Source of the DNA: a virus
IMG/VR virus record: IMGVR_UViG_3300043449_000492
Location: 96,001-160,000 of that record
Direction: 5' to 3' (one strand)
Length of the DNA stretch: 64,000 nucleotides
Position 1 is the stretch's first letter. Every line of letters starts with the position of its first letter. Below are positions 45,523 to 53,866 of this stretch, in pieces. A program made the translations under genes and the position numbers. Under the pieces are notes generated by a model. That model was not told where the DNA came from. It did not search any database and worked only from the letters and a program-made list of their open reading frames with translations.

Positions 45523-45525
45523 ATT

Positions 45526-45602
45526 GCTTCTGTAGCTCAACTGAATAGAGCATCGGTCTTCGAAACCGAGGGTTGTGGGTTTGAATCCTACCAGGAGCTC
45601 CA
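45526..45602 (+). tRNA. tRNA-Arg(UCG)
   Basis: TCGGT-CTTCGAA-ACCGA, CCA. Confidence 0.9.
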
Positions 45603-45607
45603 TTTTT

Positions 45608-45681
45608 GCTGGCGTGGTGTAAAGGAAGCACTACTGTTTGTGGAACAGTTAGACTAGGATCGATACCTGGCGCCAGTACCA
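45608..45681 (+). tRNA. tRNA-His(GUG), alphaproteobacterial type
   Basis: Loop TTGTGGA, G1:U72, A73, T at position -1. Confidence 0.88.
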
Positions 45682-45747
45682 GGAATATATTGACTTTCTT
45701 CTATTCCTATTGTATAATGAAACATAATGTGAAAAAGAGAGGAATAG

Positions 45748-46218
45748 ATGAAGAAGGTATGGGTATTTGATATTGACGGAACGCTTGCGGATAATGAGCA
45801 TCGGCAGCATCACTTAGATGGTAAAAAGAACTGGGACGCTTTCTTTGCGGAACAGCATAAGGATGAGCCATACCAGGCAGTTCTAGATGTTCTTCATGCT
45901 CTCGCTTTTGATCGCTGCAAGGTGCTTGGTGATAGAGTTATCATTGTTACTGCCCGTGACGAGCGGTTCCGTGATGATACACTTGATTGGCTGCATAAGC
46001 ATATCGAGTTTGATATATCCGATAGTGTCTATATGCGTCCTCTGGGTCATCGTGGTAATGACGATGTTCTAAAGGTCGATATCATCAAGCAGTGGCTTGT
46101 TGATCATCCTGGTTATAAAGTTGGCGCCATCTTTGATGATCGTCACCGTATCATTGATGCGTTTCGTAACGAAGGTTGGTATACCTTCGAGTGCAACCAG
46201 GCTCGTAAAGAGTTTTAA
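45748..46218 (+). CDS. HAD phosphatase resembling the 3'-phosphatase domain of T4 polynucleotide kinase
   Basis: VFDIDGTLA, IIVTAR, YMRP....D...K, IFDDR. Own sigma70 promoter near 45690-45718. Confidence 0.85.
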   Translation: MKKVWVFDIDGTLADNEHRQHHLDGKKNWDAFFAEQHKDEPYQAVLDVLHALAFDRCKVLGDRVIIVTARDERFRDDTLDWLHKHIEFDISDSVYMRPLGHRGNDDVLKVDIIKQWLVDHPGYKVGAIFDDRHRIIDAFRNEGWYTFECNQARKEF

Positions 46219-46294
46219 TGTCCTGTAGCTCAATCGGTAGAGCGCAGTCCTGATAAGACTGAGGTAGTTGGATCGAAGCCAACCAGGACAACCA
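46219..46294 (+). tRNA. tRNA-Ile(GAU)
   Basis: Loop CTGATAA, A73. Confidence 0.93.
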
Positions 46295-46298
46295 ACAT

Positions 46299-46390
46299 GC
46301 GTGGGCGACAACGACGGTGGTGTTGTGACGGACTGTAAATCCGTTCCCTTTGCGGTAACATTGTAGGTTCGACTCCTACCCCACGCACCA
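46299..46390 (+). tRNA. tRNA-Tyr(GUA), extended D-arm
   Basis: ACGGA-CTGTAAA-TCCGT, long variable region, ACCA. Confidence 0.85.
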
Positions 46391-46406
46391 AACTTGGAGA
46401 AGTAAA

Positions 46407-46709
46407 ATGAAAAAGTTAATCGCTGCTATTATTGCTCTTGCTTTACTCGCTACGCCAGCTCAGGCATGGTATCGTGGTGGATATGGAGGTTACGGCTGGC
46501 GTGGTCCTGTCTATAATAACTACAATTATTATGGTGGTTGGGGTGGAGGCTGGAACAACGGCTGGGGTGGTTACGGTGCTGCTGCTGGAATCGGTCTCGG
46601 CTTAGGATTGCTTGGTGGAGCTATTGCTTCTCAACAGCGTTATTATGGTGCTGCTAATTGTCCTGTGTATGATTCATGGGGTTACATTGTAGCCTATACT
46701 TACTGCTAA
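46407..46709 (+). CDS. Secreted Gly/Tyr/Trp-rich protein
   Basis: Signal peptide ending PAQA, GW/GY repeats, glycine zipper GIGLGLGLLGGAIA. Confidence 0.8.
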   Translation: MKKLIAAIIALALLATPAQAWYRGGYGGYGWRGPVYNNYNYYGGWGGGWNNGWGGYGAAAGIGLGLGLLGGAIASQQRYYGAANCPVYDSWGYIVAYTYC

Positions 46710-46717
46710 AGGTTTAT

Positions 46718-46792
46718 TCCCCTGTCGTCTAATTGGTAGGACGCTAGATTCTGGTTCTTGCTATCTAGGTTCGAGTCCTAGCGGGGGATCCA
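46718..46792 (+). tRNA. tRNA-Gln(CUG)
   Basis: Loop TTCTGGT, U1:A72, CCA. Confidence 0.9.
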
Positions 46793-46809
46793 CTTACAAA
46801 GGATATATT

Positions 46810-47289
46810 ATGAACAAGTTCTTGACAACCACAGCGGTGTTTATCACCCTTACAACTTCGGCAGTCGCCGACCCCGTTACCGATTTTTTCGGTGGTATCT
46901 TTGGCGTTCACTCACCGCCACAATCGACACAAGGAAGAAATAGACATGCGAGAGCAGTTCAAGGTCAGTCTGATTCTGATTGGTCTTCTTACTGGAGCAA
47001 TCATGCTAGTGGAAGCAATCGTGTCGTTGCTTCGTTCTACGGGCATGGTGAGCGTCTAAGTCGTCATACAGCATCTGGTGCAGTATTCAATCCACATGCT
47101 ATGACTGCCGCTCATAGAACATATCCCTTTGGTACCCACTTGAGAGTTTGTCATCATGGTTGTGTCACTGTTACCGTCAATGATCGTGGACCTTTTGTCC
47201 GTGGTCGCTCACTTGATCTTTCTTATGGTGCCGCTAGGACTATCGGCATGGGCTCTACTTCGACTGTCACAGTCCAGAGACTAAACTAG
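46810..47289 (+). CDS. RlpA-like lytic transglycosylase (DPBB domain) with signal peptide
   Basis: ASFYG, TASG..F, TAAHRT.PFGT, VNDRGPFV.GR.LDLS..AA. Confidence 0.9.
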   Translation: MNKFLTTTAVFITLTTSAVADPVTDFFGGIFGVHSPPQSTQGRNRHARAVQGQSDSDWSSYWSNHASGSNRVVASFYGHGERLSRHTASGAVFNPHAMTAAHRTYPFGTHLRVCHHGCVTVTVNDRGPFVRGRSLDLSYGAARTIGMGSTSTVTVQRLN

Positions 47290-47299
47290 GAGATAGAAA

Positions 47300-47551
47300 A
47301 TGCCTACCATCTATACCGAAGTTGCTGTTGATGTTGAACTTGATGATTTTAACACTGACGAACTAATCGATGAGTTGGAAGAGCGTGGCTATTCCATTCA
47401 AGCTAAAGATGAGGTTACTGCTCTAGAGGATCAGATTCGGAATCTCAAGGAAGACTTTGTCCTCTGGAAGGATCTAGGCATGAAGAATGAAATGTTTGAA
47501 AAGATTATGCAAAATTTTTTCAAGGAAACCATTGACGAGCATGTGATTTGA
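47300..47551 (+). CDS. Hypothetical protein
   Basis: AGGAG RBS; DELIDELEERGY. Confidence 0.7.
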   Translation: MPTIYTEVAVDVELDDFNTDELIDELEERGYSIQAKDEVTALEDQIRNLKEDFVLWKDLGMKNEMFEKIMQNFFKETIDEHVI

Positions 47552-47614
47552 CTATATACTATTGTGCAATGCAATATTGCATGACAACTTCGCTAACTTT
47601 AGGAAGGATAATAT

Positions 47615-47803
47615 ATGAGAACTTTAATCGTAACACTTGCTGCCATGCTCATTGGTGGTAGCGCAATTGCAGGAGACGTAATCGCTCCTCCAATTACAAA
47701 GTATGTTGATGTGCCTACGCCTCCAAAGCGTCCAACTAATTTCGGCAAAGTCGATTATCAGAAGGTCGCTCAGAAGGTGCAGGAAGTCACTACAAAGAAG
47801 TGA
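47615..47803 (+). CDS. Small secreted protein
   Basis: Signal peptide and VPTPPKRP motif. Confidence 0.65.
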   Translation: MRTLIVTLAAMLIGGSAIAGDVIAPPITKYVDVPTPPKRPTNFGKVDYQKVAQKVQEVTTKK

Positions 47804-47866
47804 TAAATAATCACGCAAAGGAGATCCCTAACGGGGTCTCCAACATACTATTTTGGCGAGGGTAAA

Positions 47867-48163
47867 ATGTGCTACTATACATTAACACTTGACCATAATG
47901 ACACTGAAGGTCATATTCGTGCCATTATGATACTGGATGAAAAAGATGAGATTGCAGCCAAAGCACGGTTCGTTGATACGTTTGGTTCTCAATATCTAGT
48001 CTTTGTAAATGCTATTAAGGGCATTCATATCCCTCAAGGATTCGATAGACTCTTGACAGATCATTCAAGAAAGTATATAATCAAAGCTAAGAGTGCAGCT
48101 AACGATGCTCCTCTTGTCTCATATCAGAACATGATTCGGCTTAACCACAAAGGTGAACTATGA
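47867..48163 (+). CDS. Hypothetical protein
   Basis: GAGG RBS. Confidence 0.6.
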   Translation: MCYYTLTLDHNDTEGHIRAIMILDEKDEIAAKARFVDTFGSQYLVFVNAIKGIHIPQGFDRLLTDHSRKYIIKAKSAANDAPLVSYQNMIRLNHKGEL

Positions 48164-48477
48164 AATATTTTATGATTGCCTGCCTACTATTCACTACCTC
48201 TGCATTTGCCGAAACAACAAAAGAAGAAAAGACACCATGTGGTGATCCTTCTTCAATGGAAGAAGTCCTTCATGAGAAGGGTTACTTTCATCTTCTAGAT
48301 ATGAAGAATGAGAATGGTGTGACGACTCAGCTATGGACTGGTGGTCGCTCTATGGTTATTACCGCTGAAAAGGATAAGAAGATTTGTTTTGTCTCATCCG
48401 CTGACGAGGTAACATATAATCCAGTTACGCTTCAGAAGATCATTGAAGTTTTTAAGAAGACGCAGAAGGAACTATAA
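48160..48477 (+). CDS. Secreted hypothetical protein
   Basis: Signal peptide ending SAFA; Cys pair. Confidence 0.65.
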   Translation: MKYFMIACLLFTTSAFAETTKEEKTPCGDPSSMEEVLHEKGYFHLLDMKNENGVTTQLWTGGRSMVITAEKDKKICFVSSADEVTYNPVTLQKIIEVFKKTQKEL

Positions 48478-48479
48478 TC

Positions 48480-48827
48480 ATGGCTTGGGGTTATCATCTA
48501 ATTATCGACGCTTATGCTGCTCCGATTGAGCTAATTTCAAGCGGACCAAACATCGAGCAGTTTGCCAAGACGCTCGTTAATCGTATTGACATGAAGGCAT
48601 ATGGTGAACCTGCTGTTATTCACTTTGGTGAAGACGACAAGCTTGGTTATACGCTTGTGCAGCTAATTGAGACAAGCAATATCTGCGGTCACTTCTCAGA
48701 AGAGACAGGCAATTTTTATCTCGATGTGTTCTCTTGCAAGCCCTATGACCAGCAGGAAGTTATCAATACGGTCAACCAGTTCTTTAAGCCAGAACGAGTG
48801 GAGACAAAGTTTATCGAAAGAGGATGA
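48480..48827 (+). CDS. speD: S-adenosylmethionine decarboxylase proenzyme (SpeD-like)
   Basis: WGYHLIID, GYT.VQLIETSNI..HF (pyruvoyl site region), YLDVFSCK. Confidence 0.85.
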   Translation: MAWGYHLIIDAYAAPIELISSGPNIEQFAKTLVNRIDMKAYGEPAVIHFGEDDKLGYTLVQLIETSNICGHFSEETGNFYLDVFSCKPYDQQEVINTVNQFFKPERVETKFIERG

Positions 48828-48828
48828 T

Positions 48829-49293
48829 ATGCGTAAGAGACTTGATCTGAATGAAGTTCGTTCATTCATAGAAAATACCAGCAACAGCACCAAGATTTAC
48901 ATTGGTGCAGACTCTGAACGTCATAGACGTGGTGGAGTTTGGTTCTCTGATACAGCAGTTGTCATCGTCGTTCACTATGAAGGTAAGCACGGTGCCAAGG
49001 TCTTTGGAGATATCACTACAGAACGTGACTGGGATCAGAACAAGGCTCGTCCTCGTATGCGTCTAATGAATGAAGTTTACAAGGCTGCAGAAATGTATCT
49101 TGAACTTGCAGAAGCTATTGGTGATCGTGAATGTGAGGTTCATATCGATATCAACCCAAACGAAAAGCATGGATCATCTTGTGTGATTCAGGAAGCTGTA
49201 GGTTACATTCGTGGTATGACTGGTGTTACACCAAGAGTGAAGCCAGAAGCTTGGGCAGCATCTATTGCGGCTGATAAGTTTCCAAGCCTATAG
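48829..49293 (+). CDS. RNase H-like YkuK-family protein
   Basis: IYIGADS, RLMNEV, EVHIDIN, VKPEAWAAS.AAD. Confidence 0.82.
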   Translation: MRKRLDLNEVRSFIENTSNSTKIYIGADSERHRRGGVWFSDTAVVIVVHYEGKHGAKVFGDITTERDWDQNKARPRMRLMNEVYKAAEMYLELAEAIGDRECEVHIDINPNEKHGSSCVIQEAVGYIRGMTGVTPRVKPEAWAASIAADKFPSL

Positions 49294-49488
49294 TATCTGC
49301 TAAATAGAATTACCACACGCCGACCATAGTGTGTGGTATCATAGTGCCGACCACGGAGGTAATGGCGGCACTATACCAACCCCATCGTCTCGTCAGGCAT
49401 TTCGCCTAAAACAATCCCACTTTCCGCTATCTTTCGTTTGCTGTGGGTCTGTGCGGGACGATGTTATCTAAAAACAGAAAGGTAAGTT

Positions 49489-50025
49489 ATGAAGAAGATT
49501 TTTCTAGTCGTTGCAATATTGTTTGCGACAGCGACAAATGCAATGGCGAAGCCAAATCAGTATTCACCAGAACCACCCAGTCTTCTGGACCAAATTCTGG
49601 GCAATGAAAGTTCTGAGTGGCACACTGTGCCGCAGATGAATATTCGCTATCGTATTCGTCATGGTGGTCATTTTGTCCATGTTCATGGGCATCATCCACA
49701 GTATGCGATTCATACCACACATCTACCCTATCATGCAATGGGTCATATGTCGTCATCAATTGTTGCTTACGGTCATATGCTTCAACATGCAGGATTTAGG
49801 GTATCCGAGCATCCAGCGTTCGGAGGGGTCCATCATGTTCATCACGGATGGGCACATTACGCTGGCCGAGCCATTGACATTAACATTGGCAACGGTAATA
49901 GAGAAGCATTCGTTCCTAGCATGAGAGCTAGATTCGATGCATTGGCCGCTCGGGCCAGAGCAGCAGGTTATACCGTGCTTTGGAAAGTAGCTGGTCATTT
50001 TGATCATATACATTTACAACGATAA
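49489..50025 (+). CDS. Secreted His-rich protein with M15/Hedgehog-like Zn-peptidase C-terminus
   Basis: Signal peptide; HYAGRAIDI ... GHFDHIH. Confidence 0.65.
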   Translation: MKKIFLVVAILFATATNAMAKPNQYSPEPPSLLDQILGNESSEWHTVPQMNIRYRIRHGGHFVHVHGHHPQYAIHTTHLPYHAMGHMSSSIVAYGHMLQHAGFRVSEHPAFGGVHHVHHGWAHYAGRAIDINIGNGNREAFVPSMRARFDALAARARAAGYTVLWKVAGHFDHIHLQR

Positions 50026-50028
50026 GGG

Positions 50029-50051
50029 AAGGGGGCTACGGCCCCCTTTTT
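50029..50051 (+). terminator. Rho-independent terminator
   Basis: GGGGGC-TACG-GCCCCC-TTTTT. Confidence 0.88.
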
Positions 50052-50054
50052 CAT

Positions 50055-50249
50055 ATGCTTATACTTAAGACAATCTGGACCGAACGTAAACGTATCTCAA
50101 AAGAGAGATTAAAGATTTGTGAAACCTGTGATCAATACGACGATGGTTTATGTAAAGAGTGCGGTTGTGTTCTAGAAATTAAAACTATGTTTCCGTATTC
50201 GGAGTGTCCACTAAATAAGTGGGAATCCTACAAGGACGGAGAAACGTAA
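50055..50249 (+). CDS. Small Cys-rich (Zn-binding) protein
   Basis: RL.IC..C......C.ECGC.L..K.......CPL.KW. Confidence 0.75.
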   Translation: MLILKTIWTERKRISKERLKICETCDQYDDGLCKECGCVLEIKTMFPYSECPLNKWESYKDGET

Positions 50250-50689
50250 TGGATGAAGTAGTAGAAAAGGCAAAAGTTCTTCTTGGTAACATGTTTGTGC
50301 TTTATATGAAGTCACATGCATATCACTGGAACTATATCGGAGACAACTTTCCACAGTATCACGCATTCTTCGGTGACTTCTATGGTAGTGTTCACGACGA
50401 GATTGATGCCGTCGCAGAACACATTAGACAAATGGATTCGTTTGCTCCAGCGTCTCTTGCACGGATGATTGAACTATCCGAGATTAAAGAAGATCCGCAG
50501 ATTACAAAGCCTGAAAAGATGTTCTCCAATCTTTTTGATGCCAATGAGCAGGTGCTAGCCTGTCTTCAGGAATGCTACGAACTAGCAGGAAGAGAAAAGG
50601 CATATGGTTGGCAGAACTATGTTCAGGACTTGATCACCGCTCATAAAAAGCAGCGTTGGATGCTCAAGGCAACAATGGGTCAAAAATAA
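50249..50689 (+). CDS. dps: Dps/ferritin-like protein
   Basis: LY.KSH.YHWN..G..F...H.FF, D.VAE.IR, H.K..WML.A. Confidence 0.9.
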   Translation: MDEVVEKAKVLLGNMFVLYMKSHAYHWNYIGDNFPQYHAFFGDFYGSVHDEIDAVAEHIRQMDSFAPASLARMIELSEIKEDPQITKPEKMFSNLFDANEQVLACLQECYELAGREKAYGWQNYVQDLITAHKKQRWMLKATMGQK

Positions 50690-50726
50690 GACTTGATTTC
50701 CTGAGCTAGTTAGTATATAATGTATC

Positions 50727-51137
50727 ATGAAGTCAATCAATCAAGGCATTCTTAATACGCTATTTAAGGTAGCGGCCGCTAATCCGACGCAATCGGAAAA
50801 GATGGCCGCTGCTATCGTTTATAGGAATCGAATCATTTCTATAGGGCTGAATAGCATGAAGTCCCATCCCCTTCAAGCCAAGTATGCAAAGAACGATCAT
50901 GCAATCTACCTTCATAGTGAGATTGCAGCGATCAAGAATGCTTTGCGAGAAGTGGAGATTGATGATCTGGCTAAGTGTGACATTTACATTGCAAGGGTTA
51001 AGAAAGAAAAGCCGTTCACTAAAAAATATGTGTATGGCTTGGCTAAGCCGTGTGCTGGTTGTGAGAGAGCAATCGCTGAGTTCGGATTGAAAAGAGTCGT
51101 CTATACCTGTGACGACGGAACGCATGAGGTAGCATGA
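50727..51137 (+). CDS. Cytidine/deoxycytidylate deaminase-like protein
   Basis: LHSEIAAI (HxE) and KPCAGC (PCxxC). Confidence 0.82.
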   Translation: MKSINQGILNTLFKVAAANPTQSEKMAAAIVYRNRIISIGLNSMKSHPLQAKYAKNDHAIYLHSEIAAIKNALREVEIDDLAKCDIYIARVKKEKPFTKKYVYGLAKPCAGCERAIAEFGLKRVVYTCDDGTHEVA

Positions 51138-51311
51138 AACACTGGCACGATAATTATCCAAATAGATTTGGTGTGATATTTTTACTACTATATGGTTTGC
51201 TTGACGTTGCTGATGCTCGATGGTTCATTCCAAGACTAGCAAAAGAAACAACGAACTGTGAACTTAAAGGTACATGTAACTGGATTCAGATAGTGAAGCA
51301 TGAGGATTGAT

Positions 51312-51848
51312 ATGGCAACGACATACGGAACGGGAACTACTTCGACAGGTAACTTTCGTTTTAACCCTATGACAAATGAATATGAAGTCTATGATGGAAA
51401 AACTTGGACTTCTGTGAATCAGCAAAGAGGCATATCTATTCAAAATCATACTATGCCAATTGGTGTAGTTGGTCCGGCTGACTCTGCAATTAAGCATTCT
51501 CATGATAATAAGTTTGAGGTTCACTCTACTCATGGTAGATTTATTATCGATCTAGAAACTGGTGATCTGACGATGCCTGCTGGTGTTGCAAAGCATGATG
51601 GTCTACGTCAATTCTGGCTAGCTTTTCAGGAGAATTTCAAAGGAACTTATAATAAAGAATATGAGCAGCAGATTATCAAGCTAAAGAATGAAGTGAACTA
51701 TTTCAAGGACAAGATTTCTTCTATTAATAAGAACGCAGAGAATGATATCAAAAACAAGCTAATCGACAAGGTTCGTAATAAGTATGGATCAGAGAAGTTT
51801 ATCATGACCAAGCCAGACGAACTAATCAAGCTACTGGAGAGCGAATGA
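51312..51848 (+). CDS. Hypothetical protein
   Basis: GAGG RBS; G.FRFN.....EVYDG.TW motif. Confidence 0.65.
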   Translation: MATTYGTGTTSTGNFRFNPMTNEYEVYDGKTWTSVNQQRGISIQNHTMPIGVVGPADSAIKHSHDNKFEVHSTHGRFIIDLETGDLTMPAGVAKHDGLRQFWLAFQENFKGTYNKEYEQQIIKLKNEVNYFKDKISSINKNAENDIKNKLIDKVRNKYGSEKFIMTKPDELIKLLESE

Positions 51849-52090
51849 GAAACGATTATAAAGAACTAATCGATCAAATGAATGAACTGGCTGACTGGGT
51901 TGAGAAACACAACTCAGTCAATTCTTTTTCTGCACCACGCTGGGCAGCGATTACGATTGCTCGCTTGGAGGAAGAAAATCATCAGATGAGATTGCGTCTA
52001 AACAAAAAAGACGTTACTATTGTCGAGCGATTCAATCGAGTCATTGGTATGATTAAGCTTTGGTGGTATCTAAGATCAACTCGTAAGTGA
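51845..52090 (+). CDS. Hypothetical protein
   Basis: GGAG RBS; coupled. Confidence 0.6.
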   Translation: MRNDYKELIDQMNELADWVEKHNSVNSFSAPRWAAITIARLEEENHQMRLRLNKKDVTIVERFNRVIGMIKLWWYLRSTRK

Positions 52091-52813
52091 AAACGGATTC
52101 TTCTTTGACGATCCTGGCTTAACGGAGAACTGACTTGCAGGCATGTTCTTAATTTTAATCTCTGCCTGAACCTCATAATACTCGGAACGGGTAGCCACTC
52201 GAACCTTAAAGTCGCCTCGCCCAGATAGAACTGGAATCTTTGTAGAAAGCTTAAGAGGATTTTTCTTTGATATCATATAGAAATCATCGCCCGCTTGCAT
52301 GTAGTAAGCGGGTTCTTTCTTACCAATGGTATAATGATCCGTAACTAGTTTACCAAGATTATAGTCATTCTCATTTGCGATATAACGATTGACACCATCC
52401 TGATCAAAATACTTTTTCATAACATCTAAAGGCACTGCATTAGGATCTGATAGCATGCCCTTGTTTGTTGGAATTATAATTTTAGCAACCGGAATGCCTG
52501 AAAACTTGGCAATCTTTTTGATAAAATCTTTTGCATCTGTGGATGCATTTAGAATATCAACAGCAGCATGAGCGGCAGGAGTCTTATATGTCGTTTGCCA
52601 TTTTCCCTTAGCATAGAACACACGAGGATTGGAAAGATTATCCGTATGATTCATCTTCACCTCGACCCACGTTCTAGCAGGCTTATTATTAAACTTTTCA
52701 ATTAGAACATCTGATAACGCAGTATCGGCCGAGGGCCTTGTTGCTTTCATCCCCTTGACAGAATTAATCGCCTTAGCTATGTTAGCTTCATAAAGATCGG
52801 ATGCAACACTCAT
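52076..52813 (-). CDS. PD-(D/E)XK nuclease-like protein
   Basis: YE near the N-terminus, SDVLI ... WVEVKM; GAGGAG RBS. Confidence 0.6.
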   Translation of the reverse strand: MSVASDLYEANIAKAINSVKGMKATRPSADTALSDVLIEKFNNKPARTWVEVKMNHTDNLSNPRVFYAKGKWQTTYKTPAAHAAVDILNASTDAKDFIKKIAKFSGIPVAKIIIPTNKGMLSDPNAVPLDVMKKYFDQDGVNRYIANENDYNLGKLVTDHYTIGKKEPAYYMQAGDDFYMISKKNPLKLSTKIPVLSGRGDFKVRVATRSEYYEVQAEIKIKNMPASQFSVKPGSSKKNPFSLTS

Positions 52814-52882
52814 TTAAAAACTCCTCTTACGATATATGTAGTTATTTATTAAGCTAAATATATTATAATCGAGAGGAAATCG

Positions 52883-53866
52883 ATGAAACTATCCGTATCT
52901 GATCTTTTTAAAAGATATTCAAAAGGACCACTCGTCGGCAAACCTAGAATTGTTAAGTTTGCTGAAAAGTTCAAGAACGGCGAAGAGTTTGAATTGAATA
53001 CTGGAGAAAAGGTCAAACTCAAATTTAATCCAGAGCAATACAATATTCTTATTGAATCTTCAAAATATCCTTCTAAGTTTCAGAAAGAACTGCAGAAGGC
53101 TCAGTTTCTAGCAGTAGCTGGTAAATCTTATTATAAGATAACTGACTTCAAGAAGACGATTGAGTTTGATGGAAAGCCCGATCGACCACCTGCAGGTATT
53201 GAAGGTGAAACGAAAACTGTGAATAGACTAAACTTAATGTTTAGTAATCTGATTAAGAAATATAGCTACACTAAAGGTGTTCCATTGATCATCAAGGGAA
53301 AGACTGTCTATGTTAGTCAATGTATGAAAGTTCCTGGAACACCTAAAGCCGATCTGGCATTGTTAAATCCTAAAGGCGAAGAAGTCGCATGGATATCATA
53401 TAAGATGGGTAAGAGTGTTAAAGACTTTCAACAATGGGGAGGCATAAGCGATCCAGCGATGCAAGCCTTTCCACAGGTTCAAGATTTTATTAAAAAGATG
53501 GCAGCAAAGTTTCCGCAGGGTATGAAATCAGGCAATAATGCTGGAATGAAAATTAAAGGACCGAACTCAACCAAGCTAAAGAATAAAGCTGTCTATGGAG
53601 TTGACTGGGAACCAAATGCCAAGATGGGACGAAACAATGTTAGTTACGTTATTCAAGGTAGAATAGATATTAAACAATCTGGTAGTAAATATGTTCTCTA
53701 TAGTTCAAATGCACATGCTTATGAAAATGGTGATCGATTAAAGAGTAGTGAAGATCCTATTTTCTATGCAAAATATACAGGTGATCGTGGACAGTATGGA
53801 GTAAAAAATTCTAGAATGACAATAAGCCCATATGCAGGTTCAAACATTAAGGAATGGTTAGATTGA
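52883..53866 (+). CDS. PD-(D/E)XK nuclease-like protein
   Basis: KT.EF.G, GE, GTPKADLAL ... WISYK, FQQWGG. Confidence 0.6.
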   Translation: MKLSVSDLFKRYSKGPLVGKPRIVKFAEKFKNGEEFELNTGEKVKLKFNPEQYNILIESSKYPSKFQKELQKAQFLAVAGKSYYKITDFKKTIEFDGKPDRPPAGIEGETKTVNRLNLMFSNLIKKYSYTKGVPLIIKGKTVYVSQCMKVPGTPKADLALLNPKGEEVAWISYKMGKSVKDFQQWGGISDPAMQAFPQVQDFIKKMAAKFPQGMKSGNNAGMKIKGPNSTKLKNKAVYGVDWEPNAKMGRNNVSYVIQGRIDIKQSGSKYVLYSSNAHAYENGDRLKSSEDPIFYAKYTGDRGQYGVKNSRMTISPYAGSNIKEWLD

